A stretch of 64,000 nt of DNA from Sphyrna mokarran (taxonomy: Eukaryota), in contig JAGIQG010000003.1 of NCBI GenBank assembly GCA_024679065.1, positions 100,626,001 to 100,690,000 on the forward strand, in the 5' to 3' direction. The notes below the pieces were generated by a model. The model saw nothing but the letters and a program-made list of their open reading frames with translations, was not told where the DNA came from and ran no database searches. The position numbers were made by a program, and so were the translations under genes. The stretch's first letter is position 1, and each line of letters opens with the position of its first letter. Shown piece by piece: positions 1 through 12,759 of the stretch.

Positions 1-1150
1 ATAATGGGAACGACTCAGGAAAAGGCCAAAGTAGATCACCAAATCAACAATTCTGGCTGAAGATAGTTGCAAATGCATCAGACTTCTTTTGCATTTATGT
101 GCTAGATTACCTTATAGTTGAGGACAGGGATGTTTACTGAGCTTTCTCCTCCTATTTGTTGTCTTATTAACCAGCACTATTCATGACCGGATGTGGTAAG
201 AATACACAACTTTGATCTGATCCGTTGGTTGGGGGTCAATTAGTTCTGCCTAAGAGCATGCTGCTTCTGTATGTAGTTTTGCATTCTAGCTTCACCGATT
301 GGCAATACATCTGGGAATATATCTGGTACTGCTGCTGACATGAACTCCTTATTGAACCAGAATTGATATCCCGGCTTGATGATAATGATAGCATGAGGGA
401 TTTATCAGGCTGATCTTACAGATGGTACTAGCATTCAATTTTACTTCTGTTGATGGTTCACAGTGCCCCTGGATGCCCAGTTTTAGGATAATAGCTCTGT
501 TCTGAATCTATCCTATTTAGCAAAATGGTAGTGCTACACAATGTAACAGAGAATCTCCTTAGTTTGAGGAGCTGACTTCATCTCCACAAGGAATGTACAT
601 AGGTCGGTCCTATCGGTACTTTCATGGATAGATGTGTTATCATTGGATAGAAATCAAGTAGATTTTTCTGTCATGTTGTTTCTCTCAGAAGCTATCACAG
701 ATGGGTATGGGAGCTACATCCTTCAGGACTCTTCCAGCTCCGTTACTAGTGATGCTACTGAACCATGCTTGGTCATTGAGATTCAAGTCATCCACTCAGA
801 GTTAATCCTGAGCTTGTGTGAGGCTCAGAGCTTCTTTCAAATTGTGTTCTGTGTGGAGCATGACTAATTTATTAATTGAGGGAGGATGGTGTTTCTTTGC
901 TCATGATTGGCCTTTTGCCATGAGACACTGTAGCGTCCACCAGTGTAATTATGGTGGATTCCCAGAATCACTCCATCTGCCACCACCTCTGGTGAGCCTA
1001 TCATGCCGCTGGGACAGGATGTACTCAGAAGTGATGATGGAGGAATCTGAAATATTGATTGTACGAATTAAATGATTCTGGGAGCATAACTATGTCAGAA
1101 TGTGAGACAATTCTCCATGCTTTGGCACAAGTCCCTAGATGTTAGTTACA
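1..1150 (-). mobile_element. Decayed LINE ORF2 5' part (APE endonuclease domain), CR1-group
   Basis: Minus-strand translation gives degenerate endonuclease motifs: TNI*GLVPKHG (cf. NIRGL), EYILSQRHDRLTRGG (cf. GYVLSHRQDRPTRGG) and DDLNLNDQAWFSS (cf. GDFNVHHQEWLGS). Many stops. Confidence 0.7.
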
Positions 1151-1751
1151 ACCTGAAAGTAATCCATTACTTTGAAAAGTCACACCTGTAACATCAAGTT
1201 ACCTTTCTTCAATAATGAGGATAGATCCGCTGTGCAGTTACAACATTTTCTGCGCTTAATTTATATGTAACTGAGCTGTCATTAATTATAAGAAAAAAAT
1301 CAATTGTTATTATTATATTCCAATTTACTAGAATTTGCCAGAATTCTTTGAGAAGTGTTAGTGCCTTAGTCCTATAGCAGGGAACTTAAAAGCTCCATAG
1401 AACTATGGGCACTTGCAACTGTTGCAAAACATGGCATAACATAAAATACTGGATTTGTACATTAATACACTCATTTGCAGTTTCCTATTGTTAAATGAAA
1501 AGCCAGAAGTCAATTTGTAATGCTGTCATTGTAACTCAACTTAAATGTTCTTTGCCTAATCACATTGATTGACATTCTGGAAAGTTTGCTGAAAACGATG
1601 TTATCGTTTCCTGATATTTTGCAATTACACTAAATATTTTCACCTTACCCAATTCTAAGACCAAAAATAAAGTCTCATTCTTCAGAAATTTTCTAATTTC
1701 TGAACTAACCAAACTTCTGAAAAAGGATTTGAAAACCAAGGGATTAAAAAT

Positions 1752-1824
1752 GATAAATTGGAAACAATTATTCAAATGTGATGTGATGATAAATTTGAAA
1801 ATAATTATTCAAATATGATGTGAT
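1752..1824. repeat. Two-copy tandem duplication, 36-37 bp unit
   Basis: gataaattggaaacaattattcaaatgtgatgtgat is followed by gataaatttgaaaataattattcaaatatgatgtgat. Confidence 0.9.
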
Positions 1825-1984
1825 TAATCATCTTGTTTAACTTTAAATGAACAGTGTAAGAGGAAGAAAAATCTATTCAGTTAACTATGAGATTGGCATC
1901 AGGAACCTCTTGGAACATTTGCTTCTTCTACAGCTTTGCTCCATATAACATTGAGATTTCCATATTAATCTACAGTAACAACAA

Positions 1985-2385
1985 AAATGCATTTATATAG
2001 CAATTTTTTTTCACAATAAAGCATCCAAAAGCATTTCACAGGAGCATTATAAAACAAAATATGGCACTAAGCAACGTAAAGTGATATTAGGTCAGGTGAC
2101 CAAAAACTTATTCAAAGAGTTTTGCTTTAAGAAGTGTCTTAAAGAAGGAAGGTGAGGTAGAGAGGCAATGAGGTGTAGAGAAGGAATTCTAGAGTCGAGG
2201 GCTTAAATATTGAAGGCATGGCCATCAATGGGGGAACAATTATAATAGAGAATACATAAAACTAGAATTAAACGATGCAGATATCTTGGAAGGTTGTGCA
2301 GTTGGAAGAGATAATAGACATAGGGAGGGCCCAGGCTAAGGAGGATTTTGAAAAGAAGGTTTAAAATGAAGGCATAGTTGATTTT
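1985..2385 (-). mobile_element. L2-clade LINE 3' fragment
   Basis: Inverse of the L2 end at 46080-46500. Shows the tgcatttatatagc tail motif, ggaattctagag...tgaaggcatggcc, and a minus-strand FKILL...GPPY resembling the L2 ORF2 C-terminus. Confidence 0.65.
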
Positions 2386-2644
2386 TATCATAGATAAGGC
2401 AGCTATGTATATAGAGAGGCATTGCCTTTACAATTTGTCAAACCTCTTTCTTTCACATGGGGAGAGAAATTTGGTGTGTATTCCTTTCACCAAAGTAAAA
2501 TGTTCCTTTTCTTCAGCATAGCATATTTCATCATTTGTGGTTGGCAAAGCTTTAAATTGAAAAGTTGAATTCACAGGTAAGAGAACTTGCTGAAAGAATG
2601 ACCTTTCTCAGTGGCAGCAGTTATCCATACATCTTAGAAAGAAA

Positions 2645-3885
2645 TTAGGGAAAGTCATGTTTGATGAATTTACTGGATTTTTATAAAGATGTAATGGGTG
2701 CAGTTGACAGAGGGGAACCGGTAGATGTAGTGGATTTCAATTTCCAGAAGGCGTTCAATAAGGTGCCTCACAAAAGGTTGCTGCAAAAGATTAAGGTACA
2801 CAGAGTTGGGGATAAAGTGTTAGCGTGGATTGAGGATTGGCTTTCTAATAGGGAGTTGGAATAAATGGATGTTTTTCTTGTTGGCAGTTGGTGACTAATT
2901 GTGTGCTGCAGGGATTGGTGCTGGGGCCTCAACTGTCTACCATATGCATAGATGATCTGGAGGATGGGACCGAGTGTAGGGTAACAAAGTTTACTGATGA
3001 CACAAAGATGAGTGGGGAAGCAAATTGCATGGAGGATGCAAAAATTCTGCAGAGATTTGGATAGGCGAAGCAAGTGGGTGAAGATCTGGCAGATGGAGTA
3101 TAATGTTGGCAAATGTGAGGTTATCCACTTTGGAAAGAATAATAGTAAAATGGACTATTATTTAAATGGTGAAAAATTACAATATGCTACTGTGCAGAGG
3201 GACCTGGGTTCTTGTCCATGAATCGCAAAAACTCAATTTGCAGGTGCAGCAGGTGATCAAGAAGGCAAATGAAATATTGGCCTTTATCGCGAAGGAGATG
3301 GAGTATTAAAGTAGGGAGATCTTGCTGCAATTGTACAAAGTACTGGTGAGGCCGCAACTAGAGTACTGTGTGCAATTTTGGAAGGAGTACAAGGAAGGTT
3401 CACCAGGTTGATACCAGAGATGAGGAGGTTGGCTTATGAGGAGAGATTGAGTAGATTGGGTCTGTACTCGTTGGAGTTTAGAAGGCTGAGGGGAGATCTT
3501 ATAGAGACATATAAGATAATGAAGGGGCTAGACAGGATAGAAGCAAAGAGATTATTTCCACTTAGAAAGGAAACAATAACTAGAAGACACAGCCTCAAAT
3601 AAGGGGGAGTCAATTTAGGACAGAGTTGAGGAGAAGCATCTTCTCTCAGAGGGTAGTGAATCTTTGGAATATTCTGCCCATTGAAGCAGTGGAGTTAAGT
3701 ATGTTTAAGTCACAGGGTAGATAGATTTCTGATCAATAAGGAAGTTAAGATTTATGGGGAGCAGGTGGGTAAGTGGAACTGAAAAACTATCAGATCAGCC
3801 ATGATCTTACTGAATAGTGGGGCAGGCTCGAGGGGCTAGATGGCCTACTCCTGCTCCTATTTCTTATGTTCTTTTGTTCTTATAT
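2645..3885 (+). mobile_element. CR1/HER1-like LINE 3' portion (RT domain, frameshifted)
   Basis: ORFs contain DVVDFNFQKAFNKVPHKRLL, WQMEYNVGKCEVIHFG and LYSLEFRRLRGDLIETYKIM. The 3' UTR ends in an (ttcttatg)n tail. Confidence 0.95.
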
Positions 3886-4104
3886 CATAGGGCAAAATTC
3901 AAAAGTTAAACAAACAGCAGGTGCCATGAATGTTCTCTTTATTCATCTGATTAATTCTCAATGAAAGTAATTGGAGTGTCTGGAATCCTCAAGGATGGTG
4001 TAGGTGAAGCATTGAAAAACACTTTACCTTCCTTCAGGTAATGCAAGTGCAAATAATGTTCAGTTAATGTCATAACAGTGTATGTTGCTAGCTTTCTTAT
4101 TTAG

Positions 4105-4455
4105 AATTAAAGTCAAGATGAATGAAAGCTGTCTTCAAGTTTTGAAATTCAGCAACGGCTTAGCAAGATTTTCCGGTGTGAAACTGCCCAGTACACAAAA
4201 AGGAAATCCTTTGATGTTGAATCCGCTTGCACATTCTTTGTTACGGAACTGATTTTTGAAGGCAATGAGTTTTTACCCAGGATCTATGGAGGGGAAGATC
4301 AGCGAATGTTGACTATTAATAGTCTTTACTGGAAATTGAATGCATATGTAGACATCAGATGACGACACATTTGGATTCAGCTGGCTTGCACCCTATGATG
4401 AATAATCTACCGAGGCAGTTGGAACTCAACATGAATAACAGACACTTGTACACAG
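4105..4455 (+). other. Candidate exon of an unidentified transcript
   Basis: Acceptor ctttcttatttag at 4104 and donor cag|gtattg at 4455. Unique sequence with several retained CpGs and three successive open frames. No homology recognised. Confidence 0.3.
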
Positions 4456-5179
4456 GTATTGGAAAATGACCTTGGAACTGAGGGAATGAGTAATGAGGGG
4501 AGAAAATTGGTGACGATTTTTTAAAAAATATTACAATGTTACTTCAAATTTATGTAAACACAACTGGAAATATTTCAAAATGAGCTGTGCTTGGCTGCAA
4601 TATGCCCAGAAAACCCCTATGGAGGTGGCAACGCTCCTTTAATTTCTTAAGGTTGAAAATTACTTTGCAAGATGCTTTCATTTCATGTTTGTCATGTAGT
4701 TTAATGATTTTTTTATGGCTTAACTTTTTATTTTTTTAATATATACAACAAAATGTGAAAGTAGTTGATAGAAATGAAAATTTTACACACTTCAGCAAAT
4801 ATGTGTTTGTCTATGCATTACTGTTAAGATCTATTCCACGTAACTGGTATCATGCATCATTCACTGTTCGATCTGTATGTCTACTTAAATAATTTGAATG
4901 CAACAACTTGTGAACACAAAAGGAAATTATTTATTTAAAATGAGTTTAATTTCATGTATAGGCTGAACTGTGTAATGGAGGTAGATGCAAATGTTTAATA
5001 TTTCATGTATCTTTTTGGAAGATTATATGCATTGATCAAAGTGGCAAGAATGCTGTCATGTTCATTTTTAACCTTACAGTTCTCATTAAAGGTGGTCAAG
5101 GTATCTAAAGCAGACACCTACCTTTGAAAGCATTAAAGAAAATGAGCATTTTATTACCGAGATGGATATATTTATATAT

Positions 5180-5460
5180 AAGTTTAAAGTTTATGTATTA
5201 GTGTCACAAGTAAGCTTACTTTAACACTGCAATGAAGTTACTATGAATATCTCCTAGTCACCACATTCTGGCATCTGTTTGGACATGCTGAAGGAGAATT
5301 TAACATGGCTAATACACCTAACCAGCCTGCCTTTCAGAAAATGGGAGGAAATGCACGCAGACAAGGAGATTGTGCAGACTCCACACAGTGATGCAAGCCG
5401 GGAATTGTGAGACAGCAGTGTTAACCACTGTGCTACGATGTTACTCATGCTACTGTGCCA
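5180..5460 (-). mobile_element. HE1-like V-SINE, variant with non-CR1 tail
   Basis: Reverse complement gives the tRNA-like head gtagcacagtggttaacactgctg, the V-domain gtgtggagtctgcac and the tail gtaagcttacttgtgacactaat. Confidence 0.85.
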
Positions 5461-8362
5461 TCATGCCTTGCATAGTTTGAAAAGTTACTGCCAGGTTTGA
5501 CAAGTACTGTAAATAATTCAATAAATTAAATCGCTAATCAAATATATAAAACAATATTTCCTAATAATATAAATGTATAGTAAGACTATAAAAATTAGTT
5601 GGAGGCCAAAACATTCAATCCACTATTAAAACTGCTAGTCATCTATCTGATTGTTGTGCCAATATATACACAGCTCCAGCAAGACTGCATTCACAATTCA
5701 CCCCAAAGGAAATGGTGCATAAAAATCTAGTGAGCTCTGTGGCATTAATTTCCCTTTTCCCGGGATTGCTTTCAATCTGGTACAAAGTACAAGGGATCTC
5801 CAGGCATCCAGAAGTAGTGATCACAAAAGCAATGTAAGCAACCAATCATATTTACATATTCCCACAAACAGCAAAACAAAATACATTGATTATCCTTTAC
5901 TTCTAATTAAATGTCACAGAGAGAAAAACACGTGACTGGGGAATACACGTGGAATTAAAGTAATAACACAATATTGTACAGAAACTGGTTAAAATAATAT
6001 TTTGAACATATGTGACCTTTATTTATCTCATTAGAAAAAGTTGAGAGGTCACAAACATAACATTGGATTTCTAGGGCCAGGAAAACTTTTCAGTAGTAAT
6101 TATGAACTTAGTACACCATTAAAAACACAATTATACCTCATTTGATGATGGTATAATTTTCTTTAAAAGTTATAACAGCATGACTAACAGAAACTTATTG
6201 TCAGTTGAATAATTTCCATTTGATTACAGTTTGTGGGTACTTCAACAGTGGGGAGGCATAGAATCATTGACAGGAATTTCTGTCTTTAACTGTGCATATG
6301 TGGCTCCACAAGTTGCTGTCAGTTTCAAAGGAGTAATGACAATGAATGCTAGTAGTTTTGCTGTCATTATCTGTGAAATTTGAGCCAATGTAATGTCTTT
6401 ACTTGATGGTATCCCTTAGCAATAAAGTTGTAAAAGTGCAAAGGAATTGTCATTGGCATTTAAGGATGCTAAGATAGAATTGAAGAAAACTAGGAGAAGT
6501 GACAATGTCTTGGGGTGAAAGCTAAGTCAAGAGATTGAAGGGACTAGGAAACTGGCCAATTTATAATAATATTTGAAGCATGTCCTTTTGCCTAATGTGA
6601 AACTGAGACATATAGATCAAACATGATTTGATCCAAGGTGCTAGATTAAATGGTTACAACTGAGGTATTGATGGAGGCTGTTGCAATTTCTCTCAGTATT
6701 CCTGGACAGGTGAAGAAAGATCAGACAGGAAAATTGCTTTTAGTTGCTGCTCAGTGACTCCTATTGTAAAATGTATGTTTGGAAATGGCAGCATCCAACC
6801 AAAGTAAATTGGATGATACCCATGTGTGGCAAATGATCACTTGGATGTAGTGTCGTTGGAAGTCATACTCCAGTATAGATTAATGTTTTTAGGAGAGGGA
6901 GATAGAAGTTTGGAGGAAAATGGTAGCAGATGGGCTTCAACTCTGTCATTATTGGCTTTGCTGATATTTACTTCATATGAACAGATTTTCAATAGCAGCA
7001 CTGAATAGAGACCAGCCTAATTCTGTATTATGAGTGGCTATCATACACCACACTTTCTTTGAGTTTAAGTTCAATCACTTACTCCCTTGAATGAGGCTGA
7101 ACTCACCTGGCACCCACCACCAACCTCAATAATTTTAGGGTTTCCCTGCTGCGTTCCTCCATGTGTGCTTCCCTCCCAGGTGAGATTGTCAGCCCACTTT
7201 GTGCCCCATATGTGGCAATGACAATGTGGCATTGGCAACCAGCCTCCATTTTCTGAGTTACAATAAGCCCAAATTGCATTTATGTTCTGTTTGATTATTT
7301 CATGGATCCTCATAAAAGTCTTGTGAGGGTCCATAGGTTTCCATGTACTTCAGTTTGAGAAACTGCGCAAGATATGATTGCATCTGGAATCTTTCCAAGG
7401 TCATGAAATGTGAGGTGTGGGAGTTGGAAATGATTGTACTCAACACCGGTACTCACCCCGTAGCTTGAATGCATTTCAAGGGGCTCTAATGGTAAGGGAA
7501 ACTGCAACATGGAAATGTGCTTACAACATCAATTGTCTCATCACATTTTCTTGTTTTACACAATTGAGGCAAAGCTTGGCAAGCTGCAGATGTGACAATA
7601 TCTTTGAATCGAGACACCTGTTGTAGTTGCTAATTTAATTAGTTTTGTACACCACAGTCTCTACATCAGATTTTGAACATCGTGATCAAAATTTAGTCTA
7701 TTTTTATGGTACTAAAATAAAACACATGCTCACATTCTACTAAGCAATTGTATAGGTGAGAGATTAGATTACTGTTCCATCCAACTGCCAAGTGATGTTA
7801 GGTGTTTCTAATGTACCTGTGTTGTCTCTTTTTGTTACATGTTGCTTAAAACTAAGACTTTCTCTTTGGATGATTATTTTTTATGTTTCATAAAAGATTA
7901 TTGCTGAGAAAATATCAAAATATGGTTATAAAGATTACATTGATATTGACTGGTGTCTCAAAACATCAGGATTAGCTGGAGAGATTGTTAGTAGTGACTT
8001 ATATTGAAAGAAAGCACTCTACATGTTCAGAAATTAATTATTGTTTTGTTTCCCATTGGACTACAGCAATCCACTCTTTTGCTCACGTGGCTCATTTTAA
8101 TTAAATCAAACTGAAATATTAAAAACAAATATATTGCTTTCTCAATGGAATTAAATATAACAGTTTCAGCTTCAGATTAATGTTGAGTATCTATTCCTGT
8201 GATTTGCTATCCTGCTTATTCAGGGCAATTTTACAGGACAAAGCCTTTCAACATAATATTGCCACATTGCAGCTTCATTTGTCATTTGCATTTTGTCTCC
8301 TGAATGAAACTACCCAATACTTTTATCATTTTTAATGTACTTATTTTCCCTCCTGTGGATTA

Positions 8363-8536
8363 GGTTTTGCTGAGGCGTCTGAGCAAGACCAAGATTTGGG
8401 AACAAGATTATTATCAATTGCAATTGTGTATTGATGAAGACACTTCCATTATGATCAATAGTCAAGTTTCCATTATCTGTTTGTCAAATGACACTGATAA
8501 TAGTCATATTTGGGGATTTGACAATGAGGAACTATG
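8363..8536 (+). other. Candidate terminal exon of an unidentified transcript
   Basis: Polypyrimidine tract and ag (ttattttccctcctgtggattag). Phase-0 frame is open for 57 codons (VLLRRLSKTKIWEQ...WGFDNEEL*); phase-1 frame reads GFAEASEQDQDLGTRLLSIAIVY*. Followed by over 1 kb of unique AT-rich sequence with AATAAA near 8940, 9317 and 9457. Confidence 0.3.
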
Positions 8537-11390
8537 AAACAATTGTATTTGTCTGAGGGACCAGTCATGTTCAAACTTACGGAACGAAAGTCATTTACAA
8601 ACAGCACACAAATGAATGCTACCTTGAAGCAAATTGAGTACGCTTGATGAGAAGCTATTCACTACAGTTTTCATTTCACAGGAGAAGGAGAATTAATAAC
8701 TTATTGTTCCTGCAGGCACAAGAGTTGAGAAGATTCTACAGATAAATTTTGCAAACAGTAAATTGGTAGTGAATAACTTGTTATACTGCAGCTTGAAATA
8801 ATATGTAGGAAAATTTGGAATAAGCATTTCTCTAGTCATTAAATACTTACATTTTAAATGTATTGGCAGAAAACATCCATGTAAACTTGACCAGAGAATG
8901 CCTTACCCGTTGTTGATATGACAACTGTATTGTTTATTGAATAAAGCTTCTTGTAAAATTTCTGTTATTCCTCTCCCAGTAAATATCAACTTCCACTTTA
9001 AGAAAGTCATTAGCAGGGATTAAATACTTGAAAATGTAAACAGATAGCTGTCTAAACATCTAATATATATTTTGCTGACTGCACATCAACCTTCAGATTA
9101 CTATAGGAAAATTTATTGTCATATGGCGGTACCATGAACTGTCTGTAACTGAAGTTTCCCAAATTCTATTTTGTAAACACTTATTATTATGAGTTATAGA
9201 GTTGGATAGATAACAGAATGCACGTTTAGAAAATTACAATTTATTCAAATTTTATATAGTGAACTCGTGCAACAAATTGCATGCAGCTTAGCAAAGTATC
9301 CCCATTTCAATAGTTAAATAAATTATAAATTTGGAGACGATTGAGTATGAAAATATAGTTCAATATTTTACTTCCACAATGGTATAAATATTTTTATCAT
9401 GGAAACCATTAGACTTCACAAATTCTGGTATCCAGAACCCTCATTACTCTGGGGACAATAAAATCTGCAGAAGTGCATTTTAAATCAATATTTGCTCAGT
9501 GGAATTCTATTAAATTTACTTCAATTCCTTACTTGTATGACATAACAAAGAACATTTCCTATCGTTTTTCTTTTTTTATTATTATAACAGAATAGTGTAT
9601 CTTAGAACATTGACAATTGTCACACATTTAACAAGATTACTAGAAATTGTGAGTGTTTGATGAACAATACGGAAATTCTCAATGATTTATCATAAATGTT
9701 ACATCCAATGAGTTTATATGTGGAATCACAGGCTAAATTTGTGAGATTTTAACTTCAAGCGCCAGAAAAGTAAATTTGCAATCACTTACGTCCACATACA
9801 TTCAACCATTTTATAAAGTGGTTTCATGGTACCTTCTGTCAGAAGACTGTTTTCTGATTGATGCACAGATTTATTAACCTTGAAGTATTGTTTAACTTGC
9901 GAAAGATATGCAATCCTGGTTTTGCAGTCCCAGTGGTCTTTGTTGTATCAGATGTTAAAGAGTGTTTCCTTAAATAGAGACCAGAGAAAGAAATAGTGAT
10001 GGTGTTCATTCAATTGTGGAACCTTTTGACATATTTGTAAGCATGTAAGGACAAAAGATGATAGATGGCTACCAGATTGAATTGCCTATCTTTTATTGGT
10101 AGACTTAATTTTCATTATTTATGGATACATCAATACATCCAGGTCCAATATTGTTACCAGCCTGGTGATACAATTAAACCAACAAGTGACTGTAAAAACA
10201 GTGCTAAACAAATAGAGAGACAGAAACCCTTAGTTTTAATGTCACTACTCTTGTTTTTTTAAATCTCTGTTGTGAAGCTGAATTTTTATTATGCGTGTGC
10301 ACTGATATACAAACTCTTCCCTCTCCATGTCTCTTCCCTCCATTTTCCATTTATCAGCTAGACAGTGAGTGATCTCAAACTAATTGGAGAGTAACCAGCA
10401 CAACCGTAATTGTACACATTACCTGAGTCATGGGGAGCTTAATTCTAACCTAATTCATGCCATGAAATTCCTCAGAATTCCACTATGACTACGTAAAGGC
10501 TCATCAGAAGACTACAGGTCCCTGTATTTCAGTCACTCTTATAAGGTGTTATATCCTCGGATTATCCTTTACCAAGCTAATATTGTTAGGGAGACAGTTC
10601 TGGAAACACATGCTCCTAAACTCTGGGCTCCTGCTTCCTTGACTTTAGTCACGTTGTGTTGTTATTGTCTAACATGCTAAGTGAGATGATGCATGGTGGG
10701 GCCCTGCTGAAGACAAAGTTACCTTAGATCTTGGGAAAAAGAAACAGATTGTCTCTTTGTGCAAGCAATACTAAGGAGATATGATATTTATTCACAGATC
10801 TCAAGTCGGTAGAGCACCTGAATAGGATAGTTGAGAAGGTGTTTGGGACACTGACTTTTATCAATTGTGGCGTTCAGTATAAGAACAAGGAGGTAATGGT
10901 GGAGTAATACAGAGTGTTGGTTAAGCCATGGCTGGAGTATTGTGTGCAGTTCTGGTCACCTCACTGTAGGAAGAATGTGATAACATTAGAGAGGGTACAG
11001 AGGAAATCAACCAGGATATTGTCTGGGATGGGACATTTGAGTTTCAAAGAGAGACTAGATAGACTTGTATTCTCTTTAGAGCAGAGAATTCTGAGGGGGG
11101 ACATGATTGAGGTGTATAATATTATGAGGGCTATGGTCGGGCTGAGTGAGGAGCAGCTGTTCCCCTTGATTAAGGGGTCAATGACAAGGGGACATAGTTT
11201 TAGGATAAGGGGCAGCAAATTCCGAGGTGATTTGAGAAAAAAATTCACTCAGAGGGCGATGGGAATCTGGAATGTCTTGCCTGGGAAAGTAATGGAGATG
11301 AGGTAGAGATGCCAGCGTTGGACTGGGGTAAACACAGTAAGAAGTCTGACAGCAGCAGATTTAAGTCCAACGGCTTTATTTGATAGTAAA

Positions 11391-11428
11391 CTCACAAGCT
11401 TTCGAGGTTATTCTCTTCGTCAGGTGAA
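11391..11428 (-). ncRNA. Minimal type I hammerhead ribozyme motif (PLE type)
   Basis: Minus strand reads UUCAC-CUGACGA-A-GAG(AAUAAC)CUC-GAAA-GC-UU-GUGAG. Core intact, stem I UUCAC/GUGAG, palindromic AAGCUU stem III. Confidence 0.8.
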
Positions 11429-11555
11429 TGAGGTGTCCTGGTCTCAAACGGCACATAAAACAACACAGACAGTTTACAGATTACTATAAACTGTAAACAG
11501 TAATCTGTAAACTGCCTGTGCTGTTATATGTGCTGTTTGAAACCAGAACACCTCA

Positions 11556-11593
11556 TTCACCCGATGAAGAGGATAACCTCGAAAGCTTGTGAG
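11556..11593 (+). ncRNA. Hammerhead motif, one core substitution (CCGAUGA)
   Basis: ttcac-ccgatga-a-gagg(ataa)cctc-gaaa-gctt-gtgag. Confidence 0.7.
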
Positions 11594-12759
11594 TTTACTA
11601 TCAAATAAATTGGTTGGAATTAAACCTGGTGTTGTCAGACTTCTTAAAGTTGTGGAGGGCAGAAACTTCTACAACTTTTAAAAAATATTTGGATGAACAC
11701 TTGAAACATCATAATATTCGAAGGTGTGCAGGAAAATGAGCTGAGAATGCCTTTAGCAGTAGCTAATGAATGGAGGATGCATTACTGAGCTGTATGACTA
11801 TGATCCTATATGATAAGCCTTGGGAAAATATGGGATTTCTCCCCCAGTGGTAGCACACAGTATGTTTTAGAACAAAGAATAAAGAACATGATTGCATCAG
11901 GCAGATTGATGCCTAAGATACACTGGAAGTGGTGTTAACTGCTATGCCAAAGCTTGACTTCCTGTTTGCTTCACAAGCTTTCAATCTGGTTGCATTGGAG
12001 TGCACAGATTGCAGCAGTCTCCTTGCATCACAGCTCACAGGTTTTTCTGGTTTTAATGTTTAACCATGGATCTCGCAGGCTAGAGATCCTGTAGATGACA
12101 AGTAGAAGCAAAAAAATGCACCTTTCCACCTTTTTATTCATGTGAGATGAGAAGTTCTCGGTTGAGCTGTTTGCTTGGTCCTGGTGCCTCATCATGGAGA
12201 AAGCGTGGTGTTCTGTCTGCTTATTCAATTTATGTGTATTTCATGCTCTTCAATGCACAGCCCTATAACTGCATTAGTAACTGTTGAGTGTGCAGCAGAA
12301 CATATTGCTACTTAAAGAAAGATAGAAATGTGACTAGTAGTGATGTGAAAAGTTACACAGAGGATAGTAATATAAGGGAAATGATGAAGAATCTGAACAA
12401 TAGATTGGAGGAGAGCATTTTGTCCATGTTAAAATGCCACACATGGATAACGTCAACAAACCTGGACAAAGAAAATATAATTTTTTTCATGATAATGCTT
12501 TCTCAATTATTATATTTAATTGCTTTCTGTTCTAATGATCAAATACATGGCTAATGGCAAAATATAAAAATGTAAGGAATGATAAGAAGTTGTGTAATCA
12601 GATATGTCAGTTAATAACAACTGAGAGGAACTGATTCTGTGGGAGCGGATAATGTTATTTTGTGCAAATGACCACCATGAGTTTATGATGCCCACCAGAT
12701 CAACATAGAAAAGAAAATGTACTCTACGAAGAGATAAAAAAGACACATGGAATTAGGAA

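Larger units (their letters stand above)
11298..11646 (-). mobile_element. Penelope-like pLTR fold-back element (inverted pLTRs, non-autonomous)
   Basis: 11338-11485 is the inverted repeat of 11499-11646. The left arm has an extra ~40 nt tail. Each arm holds a hammerhead motif. Flanks aagtaatggag / aagttgtggag resemble a TSD. Confidence 0.88.
10790..11805 (+). mobile_element. CR1 LINE 3' fragment interrupted by a PLE fold-back element
   Basis: ORF 10914-11306 contains LVKPWLEYCVQFWSP and LRGDMIEVYNIM. LINE sequence resumes after 11646. Confidence 0.92.
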
